NCBI RefSeq assembly: GCF_018350175.1
Contig: NC_058368.1
Span: 199,394,001-199,458,000 of the forward strand
Length of the DNA: 64,000 nucleotides
Direction: 5' to 3'
DNA from: Felis catus
Taxonomy: Eukaryota
Of the stretch, positions 1 to 12,172 are shown piece after piece (position 1 is the first letter of the stretch; every line of letters begins with the position of its first letter). Both the position numbers and the translations under genes were made by a program. The notes under the pieces were generated by a model. That model was not told the DNA's origin, ran no database searches, and saw only the letters and a list, made by a program, of their open reading frames with translations.

Positions 1-190
1 TTATTGAACAAATATTTATTGAGTACCTACCACGTTTTTCATACTGGGATACAGTGAACAAAAACATTGAAAACATTTTGACTTTATGGAGCTTACATTC
101 AAGAGAGGGAGACACATAATAAAAATGTAAAAAGTAAAACATATTGCATATGAGCTGGTGGTAAGTTCTTTAAAGAAAAATGAAGCAGAG
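1..190 (-). mobile_element. LINE-2 (L2) 3' end fragment
   Basis: aacaaatatttattgagtacctac...gggatacagtgaacaaaa...atggagcttacattc is the reverse complement of the L2 3' terminus. Confidence 0.8.
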
Positions 191-480
191 AAGGAGAATG
201 GGTTGCAATTAGGTAAAGAGGTTACAATAATAAGTAATTGAAGTGGGGGGTGTTGGAAAAAGAACTAGTTGTCAGGGAAATATGGGATTTGGACACTACA
301 GTGGCATTATTTTCTGAGAAATGTAGGCAAATAATTCTTATGAGAAATTAGGATTGGGAATGTATATTGGGGAGTCACCAGCATAACTCTAGTAATTGAA
401 GCTTTTATTTAACCCTTAAAGACGTAGGAATTGATGAAAGCCTGAGGTCTTAACCTTGGGAGCTGGGTTAAGGAGGAGTT

Positions 481-580
481 GTCAACACAGAGCATGATGT
501 GGGGCTCAAACTCACGGATTGCGAGATCATGACCTGAGCCAAAGTTGGAAGCTTAACTGACTGAGCCACCCAGGCACCCC
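481..580 (-). mobile_element. CAN-SINE, tRNA-derived head only (no CT tract or A-tail)
   Basis: gagatcatgacctgagccaaagttggaagcttaactgactgagccacccaggcacccc. Confidence 0.9.
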
Positions 581-3564
581 TTCTCTGGCAATATCTTAAG
601 ATAGTTTCTACAAGTATCTGGAAGCTTGCTGATTGAAAGAGCAAAGAACCAACTTTGTTGCCCAGAAATGAATAACCAAAGTAAAATTTATTTTTCTCAC
701 CACACCAAATGAGCCATTAAAATTACAGTGCCCCCAAATAATGAGTACCTTATGAGTACCAAAGACTTTGTAGAAGTGTTTATTTCACAACGAATGCATC
801 TACTCACCCTGTGTAAAGCTGTTGTGTGCCTGTATTGCCACAGCCCCTGATCTTGAGGTTTTATACTCTAGCACAAACAAGACCAGTGTGGCAGGGCATG
901 AAGGCCCTTTAGACAGGGAAAAACCAGTAAGCAAATATAATACATGAAACGAAAAGTAAACAAATAGATGACTAATACTGTGATCTGGAGGGAATGGCTT
1001 ATTAATTAGGCAATGGCTCCTCATCATTTTACAAGGCAAAGTTACTAATCCCTTCTCATAAAGTCAGGGTTGCTGATGTACCTGATATTTGTTTTTTCCA
1101 CATTAGAATCCTTTTCTTCTTCATTTAAAAGGGTTCCTAAGCTAGACAAATGAAGCAAAGAATGCTCTGAGACTCTGTGGGATTGAACCATGAGTCTTGG
1201 TCTATGAATTGTAGAGGCATCCTCTGCTGACACTCTTGTGTGAACTTGCAGGCTGGTATGATAAACAATGGTGAAGCAACAAGAACATAACTCAGGAGAC
1301 TTGAAGTGATTATGACCCACATCTCACATTACAGAAACTTAAATATCAACTATCTCTTGTAACTCAGTATGTATTCGTCTGCAATGGAAATTTAATAAGA
1401 AAGACATGAATACCATTCAATATTGGCCAAAAGCCCCTAAGACACTAGCTTAAAAAGTTAATTTCTTACCTCTTTGTTCTATTTATTAACCTGTAGGGAA
1501 ATGATGGCAATGACTGCAACAAAAATGTCTCCTCTTATAATAATGCCCCGTGAAATCCTTAGAGGCTAAACATATTTGTTTCTATTCTTAAGTTACACAG
1601 ACCATCTTTCAGTAATGGAAAGAAATAAACGATCATCTTTAGTTTTGATGTTCGTGAATTATGAGTCATCCCCATTTTGGGAACCTATACTTGTTAAATA
1701 GTGTTATCCTTGACTTACAAGCTCAGGTTTTGCTATTGGAAGCAAGTGCTTCCATTCCCACATTCCTCTCTGCTCTTTTCTTTATACAGTTCAGGACTAA
1801 AAGGAGTAAACATTTTAAACTTGAACATTTTTAATTTTTGCTTTTCTGTGGATAGTAAGCATAATATTACCATTCTTGATGTAATAATGACAGATGTTTG
1901 AAGACAATGTGACCTCGTTGATTTTAGTTGCCTGGTTTTTTTTTTTTTTGGTCAGACTAGATATTTCTGTTTAACTAAAGTTAATTTGCTTTTGTATTTT
2001 TTTGTTGTTTCCTTGGTTGTGAAAAAGGAATACTTACTTTTATAAAGCATTTAAAAATATTAAAAAATTAACATATTTCAACTCAATACCAGTCTTAGTA
2101 TAAAATTTAAAATAGCTTAAATACTGTTTTAGATACAGAGTTCTGTAAAGTCAAGGAAACAGTAGTTAAATTGATTTTCATAATCTTTCTTCCATCAGAT
2201 CATCTGGAATATATTAAACACATCTTCCCTTTACCTTACCGTAAAATCTAAGGGGAAATAAATATTTTTACAGAAGCGAATCATTCATATTTGAAGTTAG
2301 TGAAATTGAGGGCACATTCAGATTTCTTTCTTTGTTAAAGTAACTCCAAAGATACTTTAAAGCATGGTTTAGTCTGGCCAAATAAAAAGAGAAATTGGGA
2401 CCAAGATTCAAGAAAAGTATGTGTAGTGTACAATATCTGTGTTGGGATATGCTTTGAAAGACTGAAAAAACTTTACATACATTTTAACATATCACATATC
2501 TTTACATATTATTAACATCTTAAAAAGCTGGACATAAAATGAAATGTGTAAAAGCCAACATTATGTCATGAAGAGCAGAAAAGAGAAGAAGCAGACATTA
2601 CAAACTTTCTTGTATGCTTTATACCAAAATTCTTAAAAAAAAAAAAAAACTAGATGTGGCTTGCAGCCATAGGTGTAAAATAGATTATAAATTAATTTGG
2701 AAGCAGGTGTTTCCATGGTTGTGGGAAAAACAATGCCAACTGAACATTTCCATAGCATTAAAAGAGCAGACTGTGGCTATGCTTACAACAGGCAAGAAAG
2801 AGAAATAAGATCATAATGCTGGAACATATTCCTCACTTTCTGAAACAAAACCTGGAGCCATAAATGCTGCAGCTGGAAGAGTTTTGTAGGAGTTTTGATC
2901 TTGGTGGGCGAATTCGGCATTAACATCTTTAACTCAGATGCATAGCTTGCAGTAAAATCCATATCCATAAGGTATTTTCTATTCCCAACTGTGAAGTTTC
3001 TGTTCTTTCTTTTTCTTTTAAAAGGAAATAAACAAAGACCAAAAATTATTGTATTTGTTAAACTTCAACTTATTTCTTGGAGCAAGTAAAGTTGCAAAAC
3101 AAATTCTCAAGCTAGCCATATACATAGTTATGGTATTATTATACTTTATACTCACTGGCACAGAATCCTCTTCCATTAGTGGGCTGTGTTGAAGAATAGC
3201 GATGTCTGTGCTTCCATGGGCAATATTTTCCTCTGATAAGAGTTGTGTTTCTATTTGGATATAGACTCAATATACTAGTTTTCCTACACCCAATTCTAGC
3301 AATTCCCCTCCCCCAATTCTAGCAATTCCCCTTCCCATCTTATTTTCATTTTAGAGCAAGGAAAAAATCCAACATAGGACTCATCTGTCATTTTATTCCC
3401 TGGCCTTTGCTGAATGACAACTGTGACGTCTTTTCTACTCTACTCTCCATAGAACTTGGACATGTTATTATATACAAATTAAAATGAAAAAACTACCTGG
3501 TCCTCCAAGTGGCTACTTGCTTGACTGTTAATGAGATTGTAATATAGTACACTTGGCTTCATAA

Positions 3565-3715
3565 TTTAAAATTTAATATAATTTAATATAAATTATATAA
3601 TATAAACTTATATTACATTTAATATATAATATATGTAATATAAGATATAATTTAATATATACTTTATATAATTTACATATAATTATAAATATAACTTAAT
3701 ATATATTTAATAAAT
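3565..3715. repeat. AT-rich low-complexity tract
   Basis: About 150 bp almost entirely A/T (taatatataat-like units). Confidence 0.9.
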
Positions 3716-5974
3716 ACTAAGGATGTAAACAAATAAATACAAACGGTTGGTCTTGTTATGGTTTAGTGGTAACTTCAATCTTTGCTTGTATTTTTATTAA
3801 CTTAAAACTGCTAGGCAAAAAAATAAATGAATCATATATCAAACAATTATTTCCCACCATCCTCCTCAAATTGAGTAATCATCTACTGAATTGCCTGGTC
3901 ATTTAGGTTGCGTTGAATCATATGGCGTTGTTATTTCCACAGGACAAAAACAATTGAATGTTAGCAATGTCATATGGTTCAGCTTAATACATTCAGTTTC
4001 AGTCACCAATCACTATTCAGTATTTCCTTTTGCTGGTTCTAAAAATATTTATATCAGAAATCTTTCCCCTTTGCACTTCCATTGGAGGGATTCAGCTTTG
4101 TCCCACTAATTTACCATGTGCCCTTGTTTTCTCTTCAAGGGGCACATTTTCTCTGCCTTCATATTCTTTTCCTTCTATTGTTTCTGGGGAGAGAGTAGGA
4201 GAGAGACCAAGAGAGAGAGGGAGAATAGAGAAGGAGAACAGTGGCACATGATCCTGCCCCACGAAACTGTTCCCAAATTCTCACAAAGGTGTTAGGAGTA
4301 GGTTTTGGTAGAAACCAGTAAATAGACTGGGCTTCCTGCCTAGTCTAGTGTGGGAGTATAGAAGCAGAAGCCCAAGGAAACCAATCTGAAGCACTCACAG
4401 AATCACAAGGAGGACTCTGCTTTTCACAGTCCTATAGAATTTGGCTTTCTCCAAGTTTAAATACATCTCTAAGTTCCCTATTTGACATCTGTTTCATTTT
4501 GGAGTCCTGTCCAGTATCATTGAATTAGGGGCAAACCTGAACCAAGAGTACAGCCTTAAATTGACGTCTAAACTGTAGGGTGCATTGTATAGGGAGATTA
4601 GGGGTTTGTTGGGTTGGCTAAAATTTTGATGATTTTGGAGATTCCATTTAAATTTAGAGAGCAAAGTTGTGGAAACCATTCTGAGATAAGCAATATAACC
4701 TTCAGGGAAAGTACACTGTTTAATATTGGCTATTTCGGAAAGAAGCCAGGTATATGCTGAATTACAAACAAGATGGGTGGTAACTTCTGTCAGTATAAGA
4801 GACATAAGAACATACATAGGACTTCCTGGTATGCAGTGTGGTTTTGTTAATGGAGAAAAGAGACATTTTGTGGCAAACTTCTACCAGCAGGAAAAACCAT
4901 TGCTGTTCCAGGAATCAAGTTCAGGAAATATGAAAGAAACCAGAGAGGTCGACTACTCCAGCACCATGAACAAAGGTGCTCATATGAACACTTAACATTT
5001 TTTGTACGTTGATGAGGCCCTAGAAGGAAAAGCTGCAGAGAGTGGGGTGCCCATTTAACAATATCCCTTACAGGGTGGTCTCCGACTCTGAGGGTGAAGA
5101 AAATGTGGCATACGGTTTAGATTGGGAATTTTACCACCTTCCTGGGGCTCCCTTAAGCGTGGCGCTGTTGACTGTATTAGCAATAGTGCTGCATTCATAG
5201 ACTTCTTTCACCTTTGCTACCAGAAGGGGCCTTGTGTGATTGGGCTGAGTGGGAGAGACCCCTCAAGTTAATGAAGAGGTGAAGCCAGAAAAGGATTCCA
5301 ACAGGATCTTAAGAGACTGGAAACTGGACTTTCTCCTCTAAGGCCAGAGGAGAAGAATAGAGGATGCTGAGGCTTGGAGCGAAGAAGGTCTGTGCTACTG
5401 AGGGAAACTGTGAGTCAGGTAATCAACATGCTTTGTCTTCTCCTCACCTTTTCCTCTGGGGGAGAACTTGGTAAAGTCATAAAGGCTGCTAATATTCCCC
5501 TTCTCACCTTCACTTAGGGGAAACTTTAATAAGATGGAGAAAAGTACATTCACTAGAATTCATTTAGATGGGTAAACGTCCCATTTAGGGAAAGTTGCTT
5601 GGGGTGTATAGAAGGAGATTCCAGGGATATGGATGGAACTCTTTTGAGCTAGACAAGCAAAGAACTTGCTCACTTCTTAGAGGGGAGGAAAGGAGAGACT
5701 GGTACTGATGGACTCCCTGCCAATGACGGAGGGTCACATGTTGTATAATGCAATTTCTTCATGACTTTAAATTTGTAATCAAGGTAATAAATTCGAGAAA
5801 CGCTTGAGCATGAACAGATTTTTGGTGGAAGCCAATGAAGAGGTTCCGTGTGGAATCAGTGGGAATATATATGGATGAAGCCAGAGAGAAGGAGAGAAAC
5901 TTGGACATTACCCAGAATTCTGCACTTTCATAGTCTGTATAATTGACAGCCAGGTTTAACCAGATCTGTGATAG

Positions 5975-5975
<1 letters not shown>

Positions 5976-6019
<44 letters not shown>
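5976..6019. repeat. (TG)22 microsatellite
   Basis: Perfect TG run. Confidence 0.98.
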
Positions 6020-6020
<1 letters not shown>

Positions 6021-9000
6021 TCACCTAGCTGAGTAAAAGGAGTCATGTCTTCCTGGGAATCTTCCTGCTCCAGGACTGTATGTTTCCATGGCAGCACTTT
6101 ATGCACAATATTATAATTACAATCCTTTCAACTTTTTTTCCCCAGACACAGATATCTCTAATCCACCAAGCTATCACTGTTCCCCCCATTCAAAGGCTCC
6201 CTTCTCTTTCTGTTTCCATAGGAAGTTCATGTAGATGAGGCAAAATTCTTTCAAGTAATTTTAACCTTGTCCCCATCAGATGGTTCTAATAAGACCAGAA
6301 AAAAAAGGGAGCAGGGAATCCCCTTGTAAGTTCCATGTGACGGCCATACTAATTTCTGCCTTACATTTTTATCTTTGCCTGCCTAAATACCTTTCTTACA
6401 TTCAAATCTTATCTATCCTTCAAGGCCTACCTAAAGGCACACCTCTGCCTGAACTTTTTTTCTTCCAGTTCTTGCTGATCTGCTTCTCAGCATTTTTCCT
6501 GTCTCTAACTCCACTGCACTCTTCTTTGAGGATGAAGCATGCTTCATACTTCTGGAACCTCCACTGTACCTAGCACAATGCTGAGTGCAAAGTAAGCATT
6601 TCATTTAAACATGTATTGCTAACTATGTGCAAGTACCATCTACTGATTAAAAATGTAAGCCCCTAGAGGGCGGGGCCTAGCGCTTGCAGGTGTTTTTTGT
6701 GTTTATTTTTTTGTTTGTTGTTGTTTTTCACAGAGCTTTATATATTTTGGTCTATTTGACTATATTGAACAATGAGGACCGTGAAAGTACTGGAAACCTC
6801 ATTAAAACTCTCCAAGGGACGCATGCTTGCTCTGATAATTTATGATGGATATGAAATAGCAATGAACTGTTTTGTAGCTGTACTCTCAGTGGCCAAGCAT
6901 GCCAGGAGAACAATTATTACAATTATTACCTACTGAGATTTTAACTGATTTTCATTTGTGCAAATATTTTTGTAAGGCTTCTTAAAGGACCCAATATTTT
7001 GACTTTGCATTCATCTGCACTGAATAATGAATTATTATTACTAGAAAAGAGACAAGAGCAAAGCATAAGTGGAAAATTAGCAACCATTGGTCCATAGTAA
7101 GACTGGAAAATGGAATTAAGCCAGAGTCTCTTTCCTCACTTAAAGAGCTCATACCTTCCTTAAAGCCTTGTGTTATTAATAATAATAATAAAAAACGTTG
7201 TCAGCTACTTGGATCCAGAGAGCATTCCAAGACTAACAGAAATGGTTTCAGGGAGCCAAGTGTTCAGGGTTTGCATAATTGCTAAACACTATACTTCTCA
7301 ACTTTCATAAGATAAACCCATCTTCAAAATTTATTTATGAGATGAATAATTGAGCCTGAAGATTTGATTCTGACATTTCCTGTCCTTATTATAGACCTCT
7401 GAAGAGTTGTCTTAATCATGTTTTCAGTGGTGTCCAAGAATGACATTCTTCTGATGATTTTTAAGCAGAAACCACATACATTTTTTCAGCATTAAGTGAT
7501 AGACTCAATTTTGGTGACCATTTCCTTTGGGGCATGCAGTTGTGCCTCTTTCACTTGTGGAGTAGGTCCTACTGGAATGGAGGGGTCACACCCTTCCCCC
7601 AGTTTTCCTCCATGCCATCAATTCTGTAGAAGATTTGACTTCATGAAAAGCCTTTCTGTGTCATAGACAAAGGATATTCTTTTTCATCCCTGGAAAAGTT
7701 CTCTTTCCCAGGGAGTCACATAAAGAAAGGTTGGGTGAGGCAGGAATGAACTGACTCATTGATATATCTCCCATGAACTCTTTGGATTGCTTTAGAGGGA
7801 TGAAGTTGAGCAGTGGAACCACTGTCTAAATTCCAAGGCAGGGAACTGGCTTAAGAACAACAAACACAATTTGGGCCTGCATAAAATAGAGGGCTTTCTA
7901 GGGGATCAGAAAAAACCTGTTTTGCACAGGTGCTACTCTAATTGTGATCCAGAGTTATGGAGAATTTCACAGTGAGCTGCAGTTCCTGCATTGTGACCAC
8001 AGCTGTTATAATTCAAGCCCCTCCCCACCCCGTGTGGTGGTCTTGCATTGTTACATAGGTCCATAATAGGATGCACATAGAGACATAAAACAAGATATCA
8101 AGGCTGTGTCTGGTTCCGGTGAGCGGGGGTGGCTTTGCTCCCACAGTTAGCTTTTGTTTAATAGGGCTTTGGAGAGGCAAATGTACAAATTGAAAATTTC
8201 TTCCAGTATATAGAACCACTTGTTTTAGTGGTTACCAAGTAAAGATTGCACATGCTTTTATTTTAAGTTAAAGTGGAAGGCAAAATTAAAAAGAACTCTA
8301 GTGTTCCAGAGACTAACACCCAGGTCAACAGGTTGTAAGTGTCTGTTACCAGTGTTTTTTGGTATTATTGCCCTTAAAAGGTGGTTAGGTCCTGGTTGTT
8401 AGTAAGTCTTTTGTATGCAAAGTGTTATCCACTGTATTTGATTCTGGGGGTAAGAATAGAAAGTGTCCATTTGTTTTCATTAATGGATTCACTTGATTGA
8501 GCACTGGTCATTTAGTGGTCTGCGTTTAAACTGGTGAGTATGGGTTTCCTTGGGGGTTGTTATCCTGTACAGCGTTGGCACAATATTTTGAAACATGGGG
8601 CTCAACGGACTAGGCCAGTTTTTAAGATTGTATGTTTGGTTTGCTGCACTCCTGGGATGAGGAAATAAAGTACTTCATTTCTGTGAAATTAATTAAAAAA
8701 ATAACAACAAATCACTTTTCCTTGTTATTTGGAACTCCTTTTTGAACTATCAGTGTGATTGCTTTTTAATTTTGAAAGTTTTGTCACCTTATTCTAGGTG
8801 ACATATCTCCAGTCTTAAACGATCTTGGGTGTTCTTACCTCCCCAACTTTCTACAGGACTTTTCTTGTGTCACTCGACGCAATATAAATTGCTTTGCTAT
8901 CACTTTCTCATATAGCCATATTTCAGTGCTTTTTCCTCCCTGCTCCCATAACACCATATATATTTTGTTGGTAAAGGGATTCTAAATTATTCAAAGGTTA

Positions 9001-9158
9001 AGGACTGTGGCATACTTATCTTTGTATCTCTGTTAATCTGAATGCATTTATTAACTCAAGATTATTCCCCATCTCTTCTTTCACAAACCTTTGTTTCTTT
9101 TCTTAATACGCTCTTTTGTCATCCCATTGAGAGATATACTTTGTTAATAACTTTAGTG

Positions 9159-9324
9159 CAGTGGTCCTCAAGTTTAGGATCACATGGAGAGCTTTATAAA
9201 AGCACTGATACCTGGGTCCCTTAGGAATTTTGATTTGATTGGTCTGTAGTGTGGCCCTGGGTTTTGCGGTTTTATAAAAGCTCCCTAGGTGATTCTAATA
9301 TCCAGTCAAGGTTACAGGGCACTG
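9159..9324. mobile_element. MER5-family hAT-Charlie non-autonomous DNA transposon
   Basis: cagtggtcctcaa...ccctaggtgattctaat...cactg termini; 8-bp TSD ctttagtg (9151-9158) / ctctagtg (9325-9332). Confidence 0.85.
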
Positions 9325-9444
9325 CTCTAGTGCCCTATCAATTTCAGACATGAGTTTATTTGGCTTTGTACTCTCCGCAAATATGTAACTCTTTAATTTT
9401 GATGATGATGATGTTGTTGTTGATGGTGATGACCATAACAACCA

Positions 9445-9685
9445 CTGAAAGTTATTGAGTACTTCTTATATGCTAGGCACTAAACACTTTACAATTTATT
9501 TTACTTTCCAAAAAATAATAAGAGGTAAGAAATGGTATTACTCCCATTTTACAGAAGAAGAAATCTAGGCATAGGGAGGTTAAGTAAATCATATGAAGTT
9601 ACATAGCTAGTAAATGACAGAGCTGAGATTCACACCCAGGCAGGCTAACTTCAGAGCCCACATTCCAAACCACAACATTTTGCTG
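9445..9685 (-). mobile_element. MIR SINE
   Basis: MIR core: cccattttacagaagaagaaatctaggcatagggaggttaagtaa...acatagctagtaaatgacagagctgagattc. Confidence 0.9.
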
Positions 9686-9929
9686 TTGTCTGTCACACCT
9701 TCTTCTTGGGACAGTGACCTCTGATTAATGGGGATTTCCGATTATCAGAAAAAAAATTGCTAGGCAGTCACATAGCATTTCCCCTGGTGCCTTCATCTGT
9801 ACAGCTCTGTACTGAGTGGTATGATGAGGAAGAAATGTCTTCTAAAGAGAGAACAGATCAAAATATACAATAAAACATGCCATAGAGCCATGGAAAAATT
9901 GAATCCGGTGTTCTTGACCATGGCACTTT

Positions 9930-10013
9930 TGACCAGTAGCAACCCCTTTTCCAGATGTGACAATAAAAAATATTTCCAGACATTGCCAAATGTCCCCTCA
10001 TTGAGAATCACTA
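9930..10013. mobile_element. MER20 fragment (hAT-Charlie)
   Basis: ccagtagcaacc...tgtgacaataaaaaatatttccagacattgccaaatgtcccc. Confidence 0.75.
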
Positions 10014-10517
10014 CTCTAATCAAACAGCCTTCAAGCTAGTAATAGTAATTAAACTTAAAGTAATGAGATGTTTTGATTGATAGTGACACTTTTTTCAAAA
10101 CAAACATATCATAATTTATTTATTCAAATGAATGTTTCTATCCAAGTAATCAATCAACTTGGAACTCTGATTTATTCCAACAATATATTTAGAGCCATGT
10201 CTGGTGAGCAAGGTGTGTTGATAAACTGTAGATTTTAACGACATGGTCTTTTCTTGTATGACTCCTAAACTGTCTTTAACAACCATTCAACAAGAAGGTT
10301 CAAACTAATGTCTGATTAGTGATGTTCTTTGCAGAAGCCCTTACAGAATTTCTCTTCTGAAGTACAGTAATATATAACAATACTTTATAATGCTTATTTT
10401 TGATCAAAAGTAAACTTCCATTTTCTAAGAACCACATATCATGGATGTACAAAGAGTTTTCATGGGTGAGCAGGCCCTACTACTAGAGAAGCCTTCTGAA
10501 GGAAGTTAGATTTTTCG

Positions 10518-10629
10518 TTTTAAAAGAATTTTATTTATTAGTAACTTCTGCACCCAACATGGGGCTTGAACTCACAACCCTGAGATCAGGAGTTGTGTGC
10601 TCTTCTGACTGAGCCAACTAGACATTCCC
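10518..10629 (-). mobile_element. short, old CAN-SINE
   Basis: cacccaacatggggcttgaactcacaaccctgagatcaggagt...ctgactgagcca; degenerate TSD ctga(a/g)ggaagttag. Confidence 0.85.
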
Positions 10630-11369
10630 TGAGGGAGTTAGTTTTGAAAGAGGGAAAAGCCAAGGACTGGCTGAGAAAAGTTGGGAAGCAGTGCAGGTGC
10701 TAATAATAATAATAACAATAATTTGTGTAAAGCTTGGAGGTGGGAGGGAGTTACTCATGAATTAGGGATGGTGAGCAGGTGCACTTAACTAGATTGGAGA
10801 GTCTGAGTCTAGGACTATAGGTCTCAATCCTCACCATTTGGCAGCCTCATCTGAGAAGTTTAAAAAAACCATAGTTGCTTCAGTCCTATGTAAGTCTCTC
10901 TGGGGGTGGTGCCTGGAGCCTCTGTGTTTTGTTTTGAAAATCTTCTCAAGACATCTTAATGCATAGAGATGTTTGCGAATCAATTAAATAAGATGTAAAC
11001 TTGGTTGAGTAAAGGTAGCCTGCAATCCATGTTTTCCATGACTCACACAGCAATAGTAGGCCAGGTCGGGCTTCTGAGCAGGGGAACAAAACCTCCTGCG
11101 GTTTTGTAGGTACCAAGATGATAATACTGATCTAATATTAGAGAATCCAAAAAAGGTTAAATAACTTGTCTTAGTTCATCTGGTCAGTAAGTGCAAAGCT
11201 AAGGAATAATTCCCAAGTCTTTGATTTCAGGTCAGTGTTTATGCACTGGGGCAGACTGGAGAAAGAATTAAGAAATTTGTTGGACAGCTGGAGTGGGAGA
11301 GAAGTTAGAATAATATGGAAGGTGTCTGTATGTTGAGAGGGCCTTAGCAGGAGGGAAAGAAACTGAAAA

Positions 11370-11560
11370 CTGAACACCTGCCATGCACCAGGCTGTATCT
11401 CATTTAATCTTAGCAATATCTTGACAGGGTAGTAGTGGCACATACGGGGGGCTGAGGCCCAGAATGGTCACTAACTTGCCCTATGTCACATGGACAGAAA
11501 GTGAGGTATGGACTTACACCTATATCTGCTGGCTCCAGAGCTCATGCTTTTTTTGCTACC
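11370..11560 (-). mobile_element. MIR SINE
   Basis: ctgaggcccagaatggtcactaacttgccc...gtcacatgg...ctggctccagagctcatgct. Confidence 0.75.
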
Positions 11561-11583
11561 TCATTTGGTCTTTTATCTGAGAG

Positions 11584-11791
11584 CAGCGGTTCTTTACTGA
11601 GCACGTTTTCCCCTGCAGGGACATCTGGCAATGTCTGGAGATGTTTTGGGTTGTCACAATTTCAAGATAGGTTGGGACTGCTACTGCTGTCTAGTGGGGT
11701 GAGGCCAGCAATGCTGCTCAACAATGCACAGAACAGCCATAAGGAATTATCCACCTCAAAATGGTGCTAGTGTTGAGGTTGAGAAAACTTG
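11584..11791. mobile_element. MER20 (hAT-Charlie)
   Basis: cagcggttct...gggacatctggcaatgtctggaga...ctagtggggtgaggccag...gaggttgagaaa. Confidence 0.85.
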
Positions 11792-12131
11792 ACCTAGAAG
11801 CATGGTAGTAGCTTAGGAATTTGGAAATGAAGGACAACTTTATGGGTGAGGTGATGAAGTAAGTGGCTCCAAACATTCATGTATTAGTCAGGTGTCCAGT
11901 TAAGTCTATGTTTCATCTCCTTCCACCTGAGAGTTATTTGAGGCTGACATGTTGCTGACTACCTTGTAATGTGGTAACTGACCTCATGCCTTAACTGTGC
12001 TTCTCTACACAAGCCTTTCTTCAATACCCCAGATGGATTTACCGTAAGAATAGCCTTTTTGCCAGTTTCGAATCACCTGTTAGGATGAGGAGGCTTTTTA
12101 TCCCCATTCTTTCTTTTTTCTCTTGGTTATA

Positions 12132-12165
<34 letters not shown>

Positions 12166-12172
12166 GTTATTT
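12132..12172. repeat. (ATT)n microsatellite
   Basis: tattattatt run. Confidence 0.95.

Noticed and set aside
2935..2978. Minus-strand peptide KIPYGYGFYCKLCI resembling a matrin-type zinc-finger start
   Set aside because: Flanked by stops and lacks the downstream histidines; chance match
4494..4995. Opposing 107-aa and 89-aa ORFs in unique sequence
   Set aside because: No recognisable homology, and lengths within chance expectation for 64 kb
6659..6674. CTCF-like CCCCTAGAGGGCGG
   Set aside because: Derives from the L2 motif gtaagctcc..gagggcagg and has a core mismatch; weak
7687..7714. 12-bp imperfect hairpin
   Set aside because: Too short for a pre-miRNA and expected by chance
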